A stretch of DNA of 64,000 nt. Origin: Squalus acanthias (taxonomy: Eukaryota). Shown here one piece after another: positions 63,059-64,000 of the stretch. The translations under genes were made by a program, and so were the position numbers. Location of the stretch: the NCBI GenBank assembly GCA_030390025.1, contig CM059446.1:42222001-42286000 (forward strand). The letters run 5' to 3'. Within the stretch, counting starts at the first letter, position 1. The number at the start of each line of letters is the position of its first letter. Under the pieces are notes generated by a model. That model was not told the origin of the DNA. It did no database searches and saw only the letters and a program-made list of their open reading frames with translations.

Positions 63059-63296
63059 AGGAATAAAAACAGAAAATGCTGGAAATACTCAGCAGGTCAG
63101 GCAGCATCTGTGGAGAGAGAAACAGAGTTAACGTTTCAGGTCGATGACCCTTCGTCAGAACTGGGTTCTGACGAAGGGTCATCGACCTGAAACATTAACT
63201 TTGTTTCTCGCTCCACAGATGCTGCCTGACCTGCTGAGTATTTCCAGCATTTTCTGTTTTTATTTCAGATTTCCAGCATCCGCAGTATTTTGCTTT
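63059..63296. mobile_element. Penelope-derived palindrome (second family) with hammerhead motif; 12-bp TSD
   Basis: Arms 63062-63161 and 63165-63264 differ at 3 positions; agtcttcattac at 63047-63058 and 63297-63308. Confidence 0.85.
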
Positions 63297-64000
63297 AGTC
63301 TTCATTACGGGTACTTACTTCACAGTCTTGGCAGAAAATATGCTATTCTTCCGATTATCTAGCATGGATATGGTATAAACAGTGCTCAACCAGAATCAGA
63401 AAGGGATTTGCACGGATGTGCTTTATTGCTGATAAAGAGGATTGGTTCCCTATCCAGAAGTACTGCTGCAGTTTCCCGGGTATGTCCACATCTAGTCACT
63501 GTATAGATTTTCATTAATACAGTAACATGTAAAATGAATTCAGCAGCAGGCCATTACTAACGGTTTAACGATAGCCAGAGCACTTACTGATGGGCATTAC
63601 CATACATTAGCCAACCAGCATTTAGGTCACTCCAAAGAAAAGTGTATTACATTAATGATTTACAAAAGGTAAATATGGCAAGCTATTAACTGTGTTTACA
63701 AGTCATTCTAATATTTACTTATATCATTACTTGCTCATCCACCGGTCTTATCTTTCGTTTACTCAAACAGAATCTTACAGTCTTGCTGATAATTAATCAG
63801 ATAAAATTAGGCCTTTTTTTTTGATCTCACTGCACGGTGATAAAGCCTAATGCCATAAATTAAGTGCAATATTTTGAAGATGTCCCTTCATCAACTAATA
63901 GTGACCGACCTTTGGATTTCTAACAAACACATGGCCTCATTTCTGAAGCAAGGAACAGCAGATGCTTTGATGCTGCACTTATTTTCTGCTACAAAGAACC

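Noticed and set aside
45897-64000. Upstream PRTG exons (Ig and first FN3 domains), including the acceptor-like site at about 55614
   Set aside because: No frame I examined resembled the expected preceding exon, and all three frames after 55614 stop quickly. The earlier exons probably lie beyond the window.

Overview
This is eukaryotic, repeat-rich vertebrate DNA. The repeat set (CR1 and L2 LINEs, Deu-domain SacSINE1-like SINEs, LF-SINE-like elements, Penelope-derived palindromes) points to a shark; this is an inference. The only host gene I can support is the 3' half of protogenin (PRTG) on the minus strand. It has nine coding exons between 45896 and 30975, covering FN3 repeats, the transmembrane helix and the cytoplasmic tail, all with GT-AG sites and consistent phases. 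Bases 45897-64000 appear to be one long intron. Bases 30974 down to about 23350 look like a long 3'UTR, interrupted by a CR1 and a Penelope hairpin. Bases 1-23300 are intergenic and dominated by transposable elements; nearly all long ORFs in the track are CR1 or L2 fragments. The most striking signal lies in the putative 3'UTR. At 26801-26835 a site is complementary to 21 of the 23 nt of miR-9-5p, in two perfect blocks split by a 14-nt target loop, a candidate 3'-supplementary or miRNA-degradation (TDMD) trigger site. It sits in a dense array of miR-9, let-7 and miR-125 sites. Two Penelope palindromes carry minimal hammerhead ribozyme motifs on the PRTG sense strand. Protein, miRNA and repeat identities were matched from memory, not by database search.
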